DNA from: a phage
DNA length: 64,000 bases
Direction: 5' to 3' (one strand)
Sequence record: PX915678.1
The notes under the pieces: generated by a model
Seen by the model: the letters and a program-made list of their open reading frames with translations, nothing else
Databases searched by the model: none
Told to the model about the DNA's origin: nothing
Position numbers and translations under genes: made by a program
Shown: positions 17,074 to 27,497 of the stretch, piece after piece
How positions within the stretch are numbered: the first letter of the stretch is position 1
Layout: every line of letters begins with the position of its first letter

Positions 17074-17271
17074 TCACCTTTTATTAATATGTCTTTTTCT
17101 ATAGACAACTTTTTCTCGAGTCTCAAATTTATTCTTAGCAGTCATAGCTCGAGCCCATAATACAGCCACTTCTTTCGCCTGTAAGTTCAATTCACGAGCA
17201 ATTTCAATGAATGACTTTCCAGACTCATGGAGTGTAAACACCACAACCTCAGTTCTCATAATCAATCTCAT
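17074..17271 (-). CDS. hypothetical protein (T4 24.3 position)
   Basis: 65-aa ORF with ATG start, co-oriented and tightly spaced. Confidence 0.55.
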   Translation of the reverse strand: MRLIMRTEVVVFTLHESGKSFIEIARELNLQAKEVAVLWARAMTAKNKFETREKVVYRKRHINKR

Positions 17272-17326
17272 GTTATCGAGTTGGTGCCATTATATACATC
17301 ATTTTATGAGTGTGTTTTGTGTGCTT

Positions 17327-17354
17327 TCAAAATGAAGAAAGGGGCCGAAGCCCC
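17327..17354 (-). terminator. terminator after hoc
   Basis: GGGGC-CGAA-GCCCC hairpin with a T-rich tract on the minus strand. Confidence 0.6.
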
Positions 17355-17360
17355 TTATGA

Positions 17361-18779
17361 TTATGGATAGGTATAGATGATACCAGTTTCTAAAGCAGTT
17401 TTATGAATGATGTATCCATTACGTGATTCTTGAACATCAACTTCTGGATAGTCTTTCATCATCTTCTGAAGAGTGTAGCGGTGCAGGTAGTATTTACTAT
17501 CTGGATCTTCAGTTTTCCAATCTTTACCTTCTTCGGTCATTTTTTGGATTTCATCCATAACCCACCAACCGCACCAGATATAAGCTGAAGTACGATGTGG
17601 AAGAGGATGAACATAAGGCAATTCACCTTCTGGTTCCGGAGCAACTTTATCAGTTACCTGAACTTGACCAGTCGCTTTAACTGTTTTACTATCATAGTCA
17701 GTTGCCGTAACGACAGCAGTAACTTCAATAGTTTGACTTCCAATAGATGAGGTGTCAACGGTGTATACGTTAGTTGACCCTTCCACAGGAGAAGAATCTT
17801 TCTTCCATGAATAAGTAATTTGTGCTGCTTCAGGTGCTCCAGTAACATTAGCCGTAAATGTAGCCGAAGCATCTTGCTGAACGTTAATAGAAGGAGGAGT
17901 CAGTGTAACCTGTGGATTCATTGTCTTCTTATTAACTGTCAATGATACTTCATTAGAAGTAACTTCCTTTTCATTGTAATTTTCTGCCGTTACTTGGGCT
18001 ACGCATTTAATTCTTTTTACTCCACTTGTAGTTGGAGTATAGCTAAATGTAGCGGAAGTTGCTTCACTAATTTGTGAATCATCTACATACCACTGATACG
18101 TAGCAGACGCTCCATCAGGTTGAGAAACCAAGGCAGCAGTAAATTGAACTGGGGTTCCAATTACTCCAGCTGAAGGACTATCAGGAGTTACTGCCAAGGT
18201 AGTTGTCTGCGTCTTTTTATTAACTGTTAATGATACTTCATTAGAAGTAACGCTTAGTGCATCATAATCTGCCGCAGTTACTTGAGCTACACACTTGATT
18301 TTTTTAACTCCGCTTGTGTCAGGAGTGTAATTGAATGTAGCGTCAGTTGCTTCGCCAACAGGAGAACCGTCAACGTACCATTGATACGTAGCAGATGCAC
18401 TTGGTGGCTGTGAAGCTAAGGCAGCGGTAAATTCAATTGGAGTTCCAATCACTCCAGCATCAGGGCTACCAGGAGTTACAGCTAAGGTAGTTGTTTGTGT
18501 CTTATTTTGAACTGTGATAGTTGTAGTAACTGTAGCTGTTTCAGGTTCAGCTTCTGGAACTGTATTTGTTGCAACCACCTTAATAGTCTTTTGACCGGCA
18601 GGTCCTTTTAATACATAATCAAAAGTTGCTTCAGCTCCATCCTGTGGAACATTATCTACACTCCAAGCATAGGTAATAGTTCCACCTTCAGTTTGACCAC
18701 TGGGTGCAGCAGTAAACTGCTTGGTTTCATCAATAACTCCTGTTGGTGTTTTAGGAGTTATATCAACTGTAAAAGCCAT
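17361..18779 (-). CDS. hoc: highly immunogenic outer capsid protein Hoc, 4 Ig-like domains
   Basis: 472-aa ORF with the conserved Hoc C-terminal capsid-binding region (PEPEGELPYVHPLPHR...GIIYTYP); contains a 96-aa internal tandem duplication. Confidence 0.92.
   Translation of the reverse strand: MAFTVDITPKTPTGVIDETKQFTAAPSGQTEGGTITYAWSVDNVPQDGAEATFDYVLKGPAGQKTIKVVATNTVPEAEPETATVTTTITVQNKTQTTTLAVTPGSPDAGVIGTPIEFTAALASQPPSASATYQWYVDGSPVGEATDATFNYTPDTSGVKKIKCVAQVTAADYDALSVTSNEVSLTVNKKTQTTTLAVTPDSPSAGVIGTPVQFTAALVSQPDGASATYQWYVDDSQISEATSATFSYTPTTSGVKRIKCVAQVTAENYNEKEVTSNEVSLTVNKKTMNPQVTLTPPSINVQQDASATFTANVTGAPEAAQITYSWKKDSSPVEGSTNVYTVDTSSIGSQTIEVTAVVTATDYDSKTVKATGQVQVTDKVAPEPEGELPYVHPLPHRTSAYIWCGWWVMDEIQKMTEEGKDWKTEDPDSKYYLHRYTLQKMMKDYPEVDVQESRNGYIIHKTALETGIIYTYP
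17928..18503. repeat. tandem direct repeat of about 288 bp (2 copies) inside hoc
   Basis: Encodes two consecutive 96-aa Ig-like units, KTQTTTLAVTP(G/D)SP(D/S)AGVIGTP...SNEVSLTVNK, with high identity. Confidence 0.85.
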
Positions 18780-18788
18780 AAGTTATCC

Positions 18789-19469
18789 TTATTTTAATGT
18801 TACGAAAGAAGAGTTGCGTGTTTCACGAATTAGAACTGATCCGTCACGGTTAATGTAGTAAATTAAGCTAAATAAAGTTTGGTGTGCCGACGCGTGTTCA
18901 AAACTAGTTGGGTGAGATTTCCAATCCGGAGTTTCAGCAATCCATTGGTAAATCCACCAAGGAACAGTGCAGAATCCTGGATTTTTTCCAATCAGCTGAA
19001 GATTCGGACTAAAGTTTTCCGGAAGAGTAAATACAGACGGTTTTTCAGATTCAATAATCTCAGCTACAGCCTGCTCGAATTTTTCTTCAACAAAAGGAGT
19101 ATCTTCAATCAAAACATCGGTATTTTCAGGAATTTTATCCGTTTCTACTACTTCAATTTTAATGTCAGATTTAACCGGAGAATCAATCAGAAGTGCTGCC
19201 TCTGGATTGACTTCTTCATCGTCATATTTTAATCCGTCTGCGGCATCAGCAGCATCAATTAAGTCTTTAATAGATAACCCATCAGTCTCTGGCATAGGTT
19301 CACTAGCGAGCTTCTGGAGGGCTTCTTCAATATCATTAACGATATTATCAAAAGATTTATTCTTTTTGACCTTTATACCAAACTGTTCAGCATATTCAGC
19401 TAATTTAGCTTTAGCTTCTTTATTATCATCAAGAGCCTTCAGCTCTGCAATATAATCTTTATCTATCAT
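18789..19469 (-). CDS. inh: inhibitor of prohead protease Inh
   Basis: 226-aa ORF between hoc and uvsW; T4 Inh size and position. Confidence 0.85.
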   Translation of the reverse strand: MIDKDYIAELKALDDNKEAKAKLAEYAEQFGIKVKKNKSFDNIVNDIEEALQKLASEPMPETDGLSIKDLIDAADAADGLKYDDEEVNPEAALLIDSPVKSDIKIEVVETDKIPENTDVLIEDTPFVEEKFEQAVAEIIESEKPSVFTLPENFSPNLQLIGKNPGFCTVPWWIYQWIAETPDWKSHPTSFEHASAHQTLFSLIYYINRDGSVLIRETRNSSFVTLK

Positions 19470-19483
19470 AATATTTCCTCAGT

Positions 19484-19491
19484 ATAAATAT
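19484..19491 (+). promoter_or_regulatory. late promoter (TATAAATA) for uvsW
   Basis: Exact TATAAATA about 29 nt before the uvsW ATG in the inh-uvsW divergent spacer. Confidence 0.65.
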
Positions 19492-19519
19492 AGATATATT
19501 TATTACATGGTATTTAGAC

Positions 19520-21031
19520 ATGACTGACATTAAAGTACATTTTTATGATTTTAGTCACGTGAGAATTGATTGTGAAGAAAGTACATTTCATGAACTCCGT
19601 GATTTCTTTAGCTTTGAAGCTGATGGGTATCGTTTTAATCCGAAGTACAAATATGGCCACTGGGATGGACGAATTCGTCTTTTAGATTATAATCGCCTTC
19701 TTCCATTCGGTTTAGTCGGGCAAATTAAAAAGTTCTGTGATAACTTTGGCTATAAAGCCTGGATTGACCCGCAAATTAACGAAAAAGAAGAATTATCAAG
19801 AAAAGATTTTGATGAATGGCTTTCTAAATTAGAAATCTATTCAGGAAATAAAAGAATTGAACCACACTGGTATCAAAAAGATGCAGTGTTCGAAGGATTA
19901 GTTAATCGTCGTAGAATTCTTAATCTTCCAACATCCGCTGGTAAATCTTTAATTCAAGCTTTGCTCGCTCGGTATTATTTGGAAAATTATGAAGGTAAAA
20001 TTCTTATCATTGTTCCAACAACTGCTCTGACAACTCAGATGGCTGATGACTTTGTTGACTATCGTTTATTCAGTCATGCAATGATAAAGAAAATCGGCGG
20101 TGGAGCATCAAAAGATGATAAATATAAAAATGATGCACCAGTCGTTGTTGGTACATGGCAAACTGTAGTAAAACAACCAAAAGAATGGTTCTCACAGTTT
20201 GGAATGATGATGAATGATGAATGCCATCTTGCTACAGGAAAAAGTATTTCATCTATCATATCAGGTTTAAATAACTGCATGTTCAAATTTGGTTTGTCTG
20301 GTTCATTACGTGATGGCAAAGCTAATATCATGCAGTATGTTGGAATGTTTGGCGAAATATTTAAGCCAGTAACGACCTCTAAATTAATGGAAGATGGACA
20401 AGTAACTGAGTTAAAAATTAATAGTATTTTTCTTCGCTATCCAGATGAGTTCACTACTAAATTAAAGGGAAAAACTTACCAAGAAGAAATAAAAATTATT
20501 ACTGGACTCAGTAAAAGAAATAAATGGATTGCTAAATTAGCTATTAAGCTTGCACAAAAAGATGAAAACGCTTTTGTCATGTTTAAACATGTATCACATG
20601 GTAAAGCTATTTTCGATTTAATTAAAAATGAATACGATAAAGTTTATTACGTATCAGGGGAAGTTGATACCGAAACCCGCAATATAATGAAAACCTTAGC
20701 TGAAAACGGTAAAGGAATAATTATAGTAGCTAGTTATGGTGTATTTTCTACTGGTATTTCAGTTAAAAATCTGCATCACATTGTTTTAGCACACGGTGTT
20801 AAATCTAAAATTATTGTATTGCAAACAATAGGTCGCGTATTACGTAAGCATGGTTCTAAAACAATCGCAACAGTCTGGGACCTCATAGATGATTGCGGTG
20901 TTAAGCCAAAATCTGCTAATACGAAAAAGAAATACGTTCATTTGAACTATCTTTTAAAACACGGCATTGATCGTATTCAGCGATATGCAGATGAAAAATT
21001 TAATTACGTAATGAAAACAGTTAATTTATAA
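19520..21031 (+). CDS. uvsW: UvsW RNA-DNA / DNA helicase
   Basis: 503-aa ORF with SF2 helicase motifs (Walker A PTSAGKS, DECH box MMNDECHLATG); late promoter upstream. Confidence 0.95.
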   Translation: MTDIKVHFYDFSHVRIDCEESTFHELRDFFSFEADGYRFNPKYKYGHWDGRIRLLDYNRLLPFGLVGQIKKFCDNFGYKAWIDPQINEKEELSRKDFDEWLSKLEIYSGNKRIEPHWYQKDAVFEGLVNRRRILNLPTSAGKSLIQALLARYYLENYEGKILIIVPTTALTTQMADDFVDYRLFSHAMIKKIGGGASKDDKYKNDAPVVVGTWQTVVKQPKEWFSQFGMMMNDECHLATGKSISSIISGLNNCMFKFGLSGSLRDGKANIMQYVGMFGEIFKPVTTSKLMEDGQVTELKINSIFLRYPDEFTTKLKGKTYQEEIKIITGLSKRNKWIAKLAIKLAQKDENAFVMFKHVSHGKAIFDLIKNEYDKVYYVSGEVDTETRNIMKTLAENGKGIIIVASYGVFSTGISVKNLHHIVLAHGVKSKIIVLQTIGRVLRKHGSKTIATVWDLIDDCGVKPKSANTKKKYVHLNYLLKHGIDRIQRYADEKFNYVMKTVNL

Positions 21032-21056
21032 GGGCTTCGGCCCTTTGGAGAAAAAG

Positions 21057-21287
21057 ATGTTACTAGAATTTAAACAATTTCTTTATGAAGCTTCTATTGA
21101 TGAATTTATGGGTAAAATTGCCTCTTGTCAAACGATAGAAGGTCTAGAAGAACTTGAAGCTTATTATAAGAAAAGAGTTAAAGAAACTGAATTGAAAGAT
21201 ACTGATGACATCTCTGTGAGAGATGCTTTGGCAGGAAAAAGAGCTGAATTAGAAGATTCAGACGATGAAGTAGAAGAAAGCTTTTAA
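21057..21287 (+). CDS. uvsW.1: UvsW.1 small protein
   Basis: Track ORF starts at TTG (21045); ATG at 21057 preceded by GGAG gives 76 aa, the T4 UvsW.1 size. Confidence 0.8.
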   Translation: MLLEFKQFLYEASIDEFMGKIASCQTIEGLEELEAYYKKRVKETELKDTDDISVRDALAGKRAELEDSDDEVEESF

Positions 21288-21342
21288 ATTAAAAAAGGCC
21301 CAACCAAAAAGGAAGGGCCAAAACTATAGACTAAAGGTCACA

Positions 21343-21510
21343 CTATAGCAAAAGTTGCGTTTCATTTAATTGTTCTTCCGAACTTTCTGAAACTGGTAGT
21401 TCTTTAATGTAATTATAACAAGGCCCAGGATGTACAGGACCTTTGTCTGTTTCAACAACCAATGCAGAATCGATTGGAGTTTTACAGACAACACAAATCT
21501 TATCTGACAT
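21343..21510 (-). CDS. small Cys-rich protein (T4 uvsY.-2 position)
   Basis: 55-aa ORF found by hand, below the track's 60-aa cutoff: MSDKICVVCKTPIDSALVVETDKGPVHPGPCYNY...; CxxC...C pattern; co-oriented with the uvsY operon. Confidence 0.6.
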   Translation of the reverse strand: MSDKICVVCKTPIDSALVVETDKGPVHPGPCYNYIKELPVSESSEEQLNETQLLL

Positions 21511-21538
21511 GATTGTCTCCTCTAAATTATATATCTAT

Positions 21539-21763
21539 TTATATAACTCTCATATGCATATCAATACCCATATCTTTAGAATAAAAATATTCATCAAGAT
21601 ATCCAGCAAATTTTCCTTTAACATAAAGTACATCTTCACCGCATGAATGGTCGGCCAGGATACGAATATCCTGACGCTTAAGATTATACTTTTTCATTAA
21701 GAATTGAATTTCCGTTTCGAATTCTTCTTCATAATTAAAAGCATCATCAATGCTATATCTCAT
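21539..21763 (-). CDS. hypothetical protein (T4 uvsY.-1 position)
   Basis: 74-aa ORF whose ATG overlaps the uvsY stop (TAATG). Confidence 0.7.
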   Translation of the reverse strand: MRYSIDDAFNYEEEFETEIQFLMKKYNLKRQDIRILADHSCGEDVLYVKGKFAGYLDEYFYSKDMGIDMHMRVI

Positions 21764-22176
21764 TATTTTCCAGCCTCAAATGCTCGCATGTCTTGAATAT
21801 GCTTAATAGCAAATCCGCGTGATTTAATAGCATCAAGAGCTCCGCTACAGAAATCCAATAAAATTCCCCAATATTGCAATGAAGTATCAACTTTTAAAAC
21901 ATCCTTATCAGCTGATAGAACTGTCTTCATTTCTGATTTCTCATAACGGTCCATACTAAATTCATCACCATCTCCTCGTCCCGAGTAGTAGTCTAATTTA
22001 GCTTTAAGAGCAACTTTTTTCTGTGCTTCAATTCTAAGCATTTCCTTTTTAATACTTGAATGCTTATTGAGCCATTTACTATATAACATCACATTATTAG
22101 CTGCTTCATACTGTAATTTAGTCGAATCTATAAACACATCTTTCTTCAATTCTTCTTGAAGATCTTCTAATTTCAT
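21763..22176 (-). CDS. uvsY: recombination mediator UvsY
   Basis: 137-aa ORF (T4 UvsY is 137 aa) with a MotA-box middle promoter upstream. Confidence 0.93.
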   Translation of the reverse strand: MKLEDLQEELKKDVFIDSTKLQYEAANNVMLYSKWLNKHSSIKKEMLRIEAQKKVALKAKLDYYSGRGDGDEFSMDRYEKSEMKTVLSADKDVLKVDTSLQYWGILLDFCSGALDAIKSRGFAIKHIQDMRAFEAGK

Positions 22177-22216
22177 ATTGTTCTCTATTCAATTGTTATT
22201 GGATGGACTTAGATTC

Positions 22217-22244
22217 ATTATACCACGTTTATACGTGAAGCATT
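22217..22244 (-). promoter_or_regulatory. MotA-dependent middle promoter (PuvsY-like)
   Basis: Minus strand reads AATGCTTCA (MotA box) - 13 nt - TATAAT about 40 nt upstream of the uvsY ATG. Confidence 0.7.
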
Positions 22245-22641
22245 ATACTCTGTTACTTGAAGCCAGTTGTAGTTTTATCTGCTCAATATCATCAGGGTTA
22301 TCGATGACTGAAAAGCGTATTTCTACTATCAGAGTATAATCATCATAAACTGGTATTACATTAACTGCTAATTTATCAATACGTGGCTCGTAGTTTCTTA
22401 CTGCGCTTTCAATGTTACGCTCAACAGTATCAGCAGTAAGAGGAGTCATATTCTCAAAAAGCTGATCAGATAAATCACATCCAAATTCTGGGTCAAATGG
22501 CCTTGACCCTTTCCTGGTTGTAATAATTCCTAAAAGGCTATTTTTAATTGACCTTAATCCAAGAGATCTTGAAACATCTTTGTCCCAATCCATTTTCATT
22601 TCTGGGTCAATGTCAGAATAAAGCTTATTAATATTTGCCAT
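22243..22641 (-). CDS. 25: baseplate wedge protein gp25
   Basis: 132-aa ORF; T4 gp25 size and position. Confidence 0.9.
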   Translation of the reverse strand: MANINKLYSDIDPEMKMDWDKDVSRSLGLRSIKNSLLGIITTRKGSRPFDPEFGCDLSDQLFENMTPLTADTVERNIESAVRNYEPRIDKLAVNVIPVYDDYTLIVEIRFSVIDNPDDIEQIKLQLASSNRV

Positions 22642-23267
22642 TACAATAGCTCAAAGAATTCTTTGAGTCCTCTTATTACATGAGCGTGAGTTTTTCCACA
22701 CTCTGGACACTTAATTGGAACAGCCAAATAAACAGTAGGCTTTAAAAGCATATCTTTTATAGCTACAATATCTGACTCTGTGATGATAGAATATAAATCT
22801 TCCAGTTCTTTTTCATTTAAGTCTTCAACTGGAATGCTTTCCCCATTAGCATGAATCGTTTCTATACATGATACTATCATGTGGGCTATATTTTTATCAT
22901 CAAAAATTTTAGGGTAATGGAACTTAATTTTAATGTCACCCAGTGTATACCAGAGGTCTTCTGGTGCATCTATTTGTGTATGTAATAGATTTATATGGGT
23001 TGGTATTTCAGTTCCACAGGTGCACTTCCAGGAGTTTTCGTGATTAACTTCTCCAAGAGAATGCGCCCATAAATGAATCAGCAGTAGTTCTGATTCTTGA
23101 CGGTTTAAATCTTTTGCATTTGTACAGTCTTTAATTAGCTTTTTAACGATCTCTTCTACTGAACCGTTCTTTTTAGCAGTAATAAGTTCTAGATATTCTT
23201 TAAGAGTAAATGCGCGACAGTTGATTATTTTAGAACCAACTCTCACATCAAATTTGTATTCATACAT
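22641..23267 (-). CDS. 26: baseplate hub protein gp26
   Basis: 208-aa ORF divergent from gene 51; late promoter on the minus strand upstream. Confidence 0.88.
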   Translation of the reverse strand: MYEYKFDVRVGSKIINCRAFTLKEYLELITAKKNGSVEEIVKKLIKDCTNAKDLNRQESELLLIHLWAHSLGEVNHENSWKCTCGTEIPTHINLLHTQIDAPEDLWYTLGDIKIKFHYPKIFDDKNIAHMIVSCIETIHANGESIPVEDLNEKELEDLYSIITESDIVAIKDMLLKPTVYLAVPIKCPECGKTHAHVIRGLKEFFELL

Positions 23268-23288
23268 ATTTAGCTCCTTTATTTATCA

Positions 23289-23296
23289 TATTTATA
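23289..23296 (-). promoter_or_regulatory. late promoter (TATAAATA, minus strand) for gene 26
   Basis: Plus-strand TATTTATA gives TATAAATA on the minus strand, overlapping the gene 51 promoter. Confidence 0.6.
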
Positions 23297-23300
23297 AATA
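23293..23300 (+). promoter_or_regulatory. late promoter (TATAAATA) for gene 51
   Basis: Exact TATAAATA 18 nt before the ATG; part of the palindrome TATTTATAAATA. Confidence 0.7.
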
Positions 23301-23317
23301 GAATAAAAGGAGCATCT

Positions 23318-24067
23318 ATGGCAAACATTATTCGTTGTAAATTACCAGATGGTGTTCATCGTTTTAAACCATTTACGGTAGAAGATTATCGAGATTTTTT
23401 GTTAGTTCGAAACGATATAGAACATCGGTCACCACAAGAACAAAAAGAAATAATTGCTGATTTAATTGCCGATTATTTTGGAGACTATCCGAAGACTTGG
23501 CAACCATTTATATTTTTACAGGTATTTGTAGGGTCAATAGGCAAAACTAAAGTACCGGTCACATTTGTATGCCCAAAATGTAAAAAAGAAAAGACAGTTC
23601 CATTTGAAATATATCAAAAAGAATTAAAGGAACCTATTTTTGACGTAGCTAATGTTAGAATTAAATTAAATTTTCCTTCTGAGTTTTATGAAAATAAAGC
23701 AAAGATGATTACTGAAAATATTCATTCTGTTCAAGTAGATGAAATATGGTATGATTGGAAGGAAATTAGTGAATCAAGTCAAATAGAACTTGTTGACGCC
23801 ATTGAGATAGAAACATTAGAAAAAATTCTCGATGCAATGAATCCTATTAATTTAACACTGCATATGTCATGTTGTAATAAGTATGTAAAAAAATACACTG
23901 ATATAGTAGATGTGTTTAAGCTATTAGTTAACCCAGATGAAATATTTACTTTTTATCAAATTAATCACACACTCGTAAAAAGTAATTATAGCTTAAATTC
24001 AATAATGAAAATGATTCCTGCTGAGCGCGGATTCGTATTAAAACTGATTGAGAAGGATAAACAATAA
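23318..24067 (+). CDS. 51: baseplate hub assembly catalyst gp51
   Basis: 249-aa ORF; TATAAATA about 18 nt upstream. Confidence 0.88.
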   Translation: MANIIRCKLPDGVHRFKPFTVEDYRDFLLVRNDIEHRSPQEQKEIIADLIADYFGDYPKTWQPFIFLQVFVGSIGKTKVPVTFVCPKCKKEKTVPFEIYQKELKEPIFDVANVRIKLNFPSEFYENKAKMITENIHSVQVDEIWYDWKEISESSQIELVDAIEIETLEKILDAMNPINLTLHMSCCNKYVKKYTDIVDVFKLLVNPDEIFTFYQINHTLVKSNYSLNSIMKMIPAERGFVLKLIEKDKQ

Positions 24068-25242
24068 TGAGTATGTTGCAACGCCCCGGATATCCAAATC
24101 TCAGCGTTAAATTATTTGAGAGTTATGACGCTTGGAGTAATAATAGATTTGTTGAATTAGCTGCTACTATTACCACATTAACTATGCGGGATTCTCTTTA
24201 TGGTCGAAATGAAGGAATGCTACAGTTTTATGATTCTAAAAATATCCATACAAAAATGGATGGGAACGAAATAATTCAGATTTCTGTAGCTAATGCAAAC
24301 GATATTAATAATGTTAAAACACGAATTTATGGATGTAAGCATTTTTCCGTGTCAGTAGATTCAAAGGGCGATAACATCATTGCTATTGAATTGGGAACTA
24401 TTCATTCCATAGAAAATCTTAAATTTGGCAGACCGTTTTTCTCTGATGTAGGTGAATCTATAAAGGAAATGCTTGGCGTCATTTACCAGGATCGCACATT
24501 ATTAACTCCAGCAATAAATGCTATAAATGCATATGTTCCTGATATTCCATGGACTAGCACATTTGAAAACTATTTGTCATATGTCAGAGAAGTTGCTCTA
24601 GCTGTAGGAAGTGACAAATTTGTATTTGTATGGCAAGACATCATGGGAGTTAACATGATGGACTATGATATGATGATAAATCAAGAACCATATCCAATGA
24701 TTGTCGGTGAGCCATCTTTAATAGGTCAATTCATCCAAGAATTAAAATATCCATTAGCATATGATTTCGTTTGGTTGACTAAATCGAATCCTCACAAACG
24801 TGACCCAATGAAAAATGCTACTATCTATGCTCATTCATTTTTAGATTCTTCATTGCCAATGATTACTACAGGAAAGGGCGAAAACTCTATTGTAGTATCA
24901 AGGTCAGGTGCTTATTCTGAAATGACTTATAGGAATGGCTATGAAGAAGCTATTCGTCTTCAAACTATGGCGCAATATGACGGCTATGCTAAATGTTCTA
25001 CTGTCGGTAATTTTAACTTGACTCCTGGCGTTAAAATTATTTTTAATGATAGTAAAAACCAATTTAAAACAGAATTTTACGTTGATGAAGTTATCCATGA
25101 ATTATCCAATAATAATTCAGTAACTCATCTATATATGTTCACTAATGCAACGAAACTGGAAACAATAGACCCAGTTAAGGTTAAAAATGAATTTAAATCT
25201 GATACTACCACTGAAGAAAGTAGTTCTTCCAATAAGCAATAA
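24067..25242 (+). CDS. 27: baseplate hub protein gp27
   Basis: 391-aa ORF; T4 gp27 size; start overlaps gene 51 stop. Confidence 0.92.
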   Translation: MSMLQRPGYPNLSVKLFESYDAWSNNRFVELAATITTLTMRDSLYGRNEGMLQFYDSKNIHTKMDGNEIIQISVANANDINNVKTRIYGCKHFSVSVDSKGDNIIAIELGTIHSIENLKFGRPFFSDVGESIKEMLGVIYQDRTLLTPAINAINAYVPDIPWTSTFENYLSYVREVALAVGSDKFVFVWQDIMGVNMMDYDMMINQEPYPMIVGEPSLIGQFIQELKYPLAYDFVWLTKSNPHKRDPMKNATIYAHSFLDSSLPMITTGKGENSIVVSRSGAYSEMTYRNGYEEAIRLQTMAQYDGYAKCSTVGNFNLTPGVKIIFNDSKNQFKTEFYVDEVIHELSNNNSVTHLYMFTNATKLETIDPVKVKNEFKSDTTTEESSSSNKQ

Positions 25243-25720
25243 AGAAGTTTCTATTCCTAAAATGGGTCTTAAACATTATAACATTTTAAAAGATGTTAAA
25301 GGTCCTGATGAAAATTTAAAACTTCTTATTGATTCTATTTGCCCGAATTTATCACCAGCAGAAGTTGATTTCGTTTCCATTCATTTATTGGAATTTAATG
25401 GAAAGATTAAATCCCGTAAAGAAATAGATGGTTATACTTATGACATTAATGATGTTTATGTGTGCCAAAGATTAGAATTTCAATACCAAGGAAATACATT
25501 TTATTTTAGACCTCCTGGAAAATTTGAGCAATTTTTGACAGTAAGCGATATGTTATCTAAATGCTTGCTTAAGGTCAATGATGAAGTTAAAGAAATTAAT
25601 TTTCTTGAGATGCCAGCATTTGTATTAAAATGGGCAAATGATATTTCTACAACTTTAGCAATTCCTGGCCCTAATGGTCCAATAACTGGAATTGGCAATA
25701 TTATTGGATTATTTGAATGA
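25187..25720 (+). CDS. 28: baseplate hub distal protein gp28
   Basis: 177-aa ORF starting inside the 3' end of gene 27 in another frame. Confidence 0.85.
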   Translation: MNLNLILPLKKVVLPISNKEVSIPKMGLKHYNILKDVKGPDENLKLLIDSICPNLSPAEVDFVSIHLLEFNGKIKSRKEIDGYTYDINDVYVCQRLEFQYQGNTFYFRPPGKFEQFLTVSDMLSKCLLKVNDEVKEINFLEMPAFVLKWANDISTTLAIPGPNGPITGIGNIIGLFE

Positions 25721-27489
25721 AAAAGCCACAAGAAATGCAAACGATGCGTAGAAAAGTTATTTCAGATAATAAACCAGTTCAGGAAGCGGCTAAATCCGCT
25801 TCTAATACTTTATCTGGACTTAACGATATATCTACGAAATTGGATGATGCTCAAGCTGCTTCTGAATTAATTGCTCAAACTGTCGAAGAAAAATCGAATG
25901 AAATAATTGGAGCAATTGACAATGTAGAAAGTGCAGTGGGTGATACTACTGCTGGTTCTGAGTTAATTGCTGAAACTGTTGAAATTGGCAATAATATTAA
26001 TAAAGAAATCGGCGAATCGCTCGGGAGCAAATTAGATAAATTAACAAGTTTACTAGAGCAAAAAATTCAGACAGCTGGAATTCAACAGACTGGAACTAGT
26101 TTAGCCACGGTTGAAAGCGCTATTCCTGTTAAAGTTGTTGAGGACGATACAGCTGAATCTGTGGGTCCTTTATTACCGGCTCCTGAAGCAGTTAATAATG
26201 ATCCTGATGCTGATTTTTTCCCTACCCCTCAGCCAGTTGAACCCAAACAAGAATCGCCAGAAGAAAAACAGAAAAAAGAAGCATTTAATTTAAAATTATC
26301 TCAAGCTTTAGATAAATTAACAAAGACTGTTGATTTTGGATTTAAAAAATCCATTTCAATTACTGATAAAATATCAAGTATGCTATTTAAGTATACTGTC
26401 AGTGCTGCTATTGAAGCTGCTAAAATGGTTGCATTAATAATGGCTGTTGTTATTGGAATAGACCTACTGATGGTTCATTTTAAATATTGGTCAGATAAAT
26501 TTTCAAAAGCCTGGGATTTGTTTAGCACTGATTTTAAAACTTTTTCAAGCGAAACCGGAACTTGGGGTCCTTTATTACAGAGCATCTTTGAATCTATTGA
26601 TGAAATTAAAAAGTTCTGGGAAGCTGGAGACTGGGGTGGATTGACAGTAGCTATTGTGGAAGGACTTGGAAGTGTTCTTTATAATTTAGGAGAACTTATT
26701 CAACTTGGAATGGCTAAATTATCAGCAGCAATTCTTCGAGTTATTCCTGGTATGAAGGATACCGCTGATGAAGTAGAAGGAAGAGCATTAGAAAATTTCC
26801 AAAATTCTACTGGAGCATCTCTCAATAAAGAAGACCAAGAAAAAGTAGCAAATTATCAAGATAAACGAATGAATGACGATCTTGGTCCAATAGCAAAAGG
26901 ATTAGATAAAATTGCTAATTGGAAAACCCGTGCATCTAACTGGATTCGTGGTGTTGATAATAAAGAAGCGTTAACAACTGATGAAGAGCGCGCAGCAGAA
27001 GAAGAAAAATTAAAGCAGCTTTCACCAGAAGAAAGAAAAAACGCTTTAATGAAGGCTAATGAAGCTCGTGCTGCGATGATTCGTTTTGAAAAATATGCCG
27101 ATTCAGCTGATATGAGTAAAGACTCAACAGTTAAATCAATTGAAGCCGCTCATGAAGACCTTAAAAAACGGATGAATGACCCGGATTTAAATAATTCACC
27201 TGCAGTTAAAAAGGAGCTTGCTTCTAGATTTGCTAAAATTGATGCTACTTATCAAGAGCTTAAGAAAAATCAACCTGAGGCCAAACCTGAAACTTCTGCT
27301 AAATCGCCAGAAGCAAAACAAGTCCAGGTAATAGAAAAGAACAAAGCGCAACAAGCTCCTGTTCAACAAACATCTCCTTCAATCAATAATACTAATAATG
27401 TTATTAAGAAAAATACTGTCGTTCATAATATGACACCTGTTACGAGTACAACTGCTCCTGGTGTATTTGGCGCGACTGGAGTTAATTAA
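25717..27489 (+). CDS. 29: baseplate hub / tail tape-measure protein gp29
   Basis: 590-aa ORF, largely alpha-helical and low-complexity; T4 gp29 size. Confidence 0.92.
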   Translation: MKKPQEMQTMRRKVISDNKPVQEAAKSASNTLSGLNDISTKLDDAQAASELIAQTVEEKSNEIIGAIDNVESAVGDTTAGSELIAETVEIGNNINKEIGESLGSKLDKLTSLLEQKIQTAGIQQTGTSLATVESAIPVKVVEDDTAESVGPLLPAPEAVNNDPDADFFPTPQPVEPKQESPEEKQKKEAFNLKLSQALDKLTKTVDFGFKKSISITDKISSMLFKYTVSAAIEAAKMVALIMAVVIGIDLLMVHFKYWSDKFSKAWDLFSTDFKTFSSETGTWGPLLQSIFESIDEIKKFWEAGDWGGLTVAIVEGLGSVLYNLGELIQLGMAKLSAAILRVIPGMKDTADEVEGRALENFQNSTGASLNKEDQEKVANYQDKRMNDDLGPIAKGLDKIANWKTRASNWIRGVDNKEALTTDEERAAEEEKLKQLSPEERKNALMKANEARAAMIRFEKYADSADMSKDSTVKSIEAAHEDLKKRMNDPDLNNSPAVKKELASRFAKIDATYQELKKNQPEAKPETSAKSPEAKQVQVIEKNKAQQAPVQQTSPSINNTNNVIKKNTVVHNMTPVTSTTAPGVFGATGVN

Positions 27490-27497
27490 GGAATAAT

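Noticed and set aside
21292-21319. GGCCC...GGGCC stem with a 13-nt loop between uvsW.1 and the Cys-rich ORF
   Set aside because: Loop too large and stem too short for a confident terminator call.
21443-21646. 67-aa plus-strand ORF
   Set aside because: Overlaps the minus-strand uvsY.-2 and uvsY.-1 ORFs, which fit the operon structure; low-complexity AT-rich translation.
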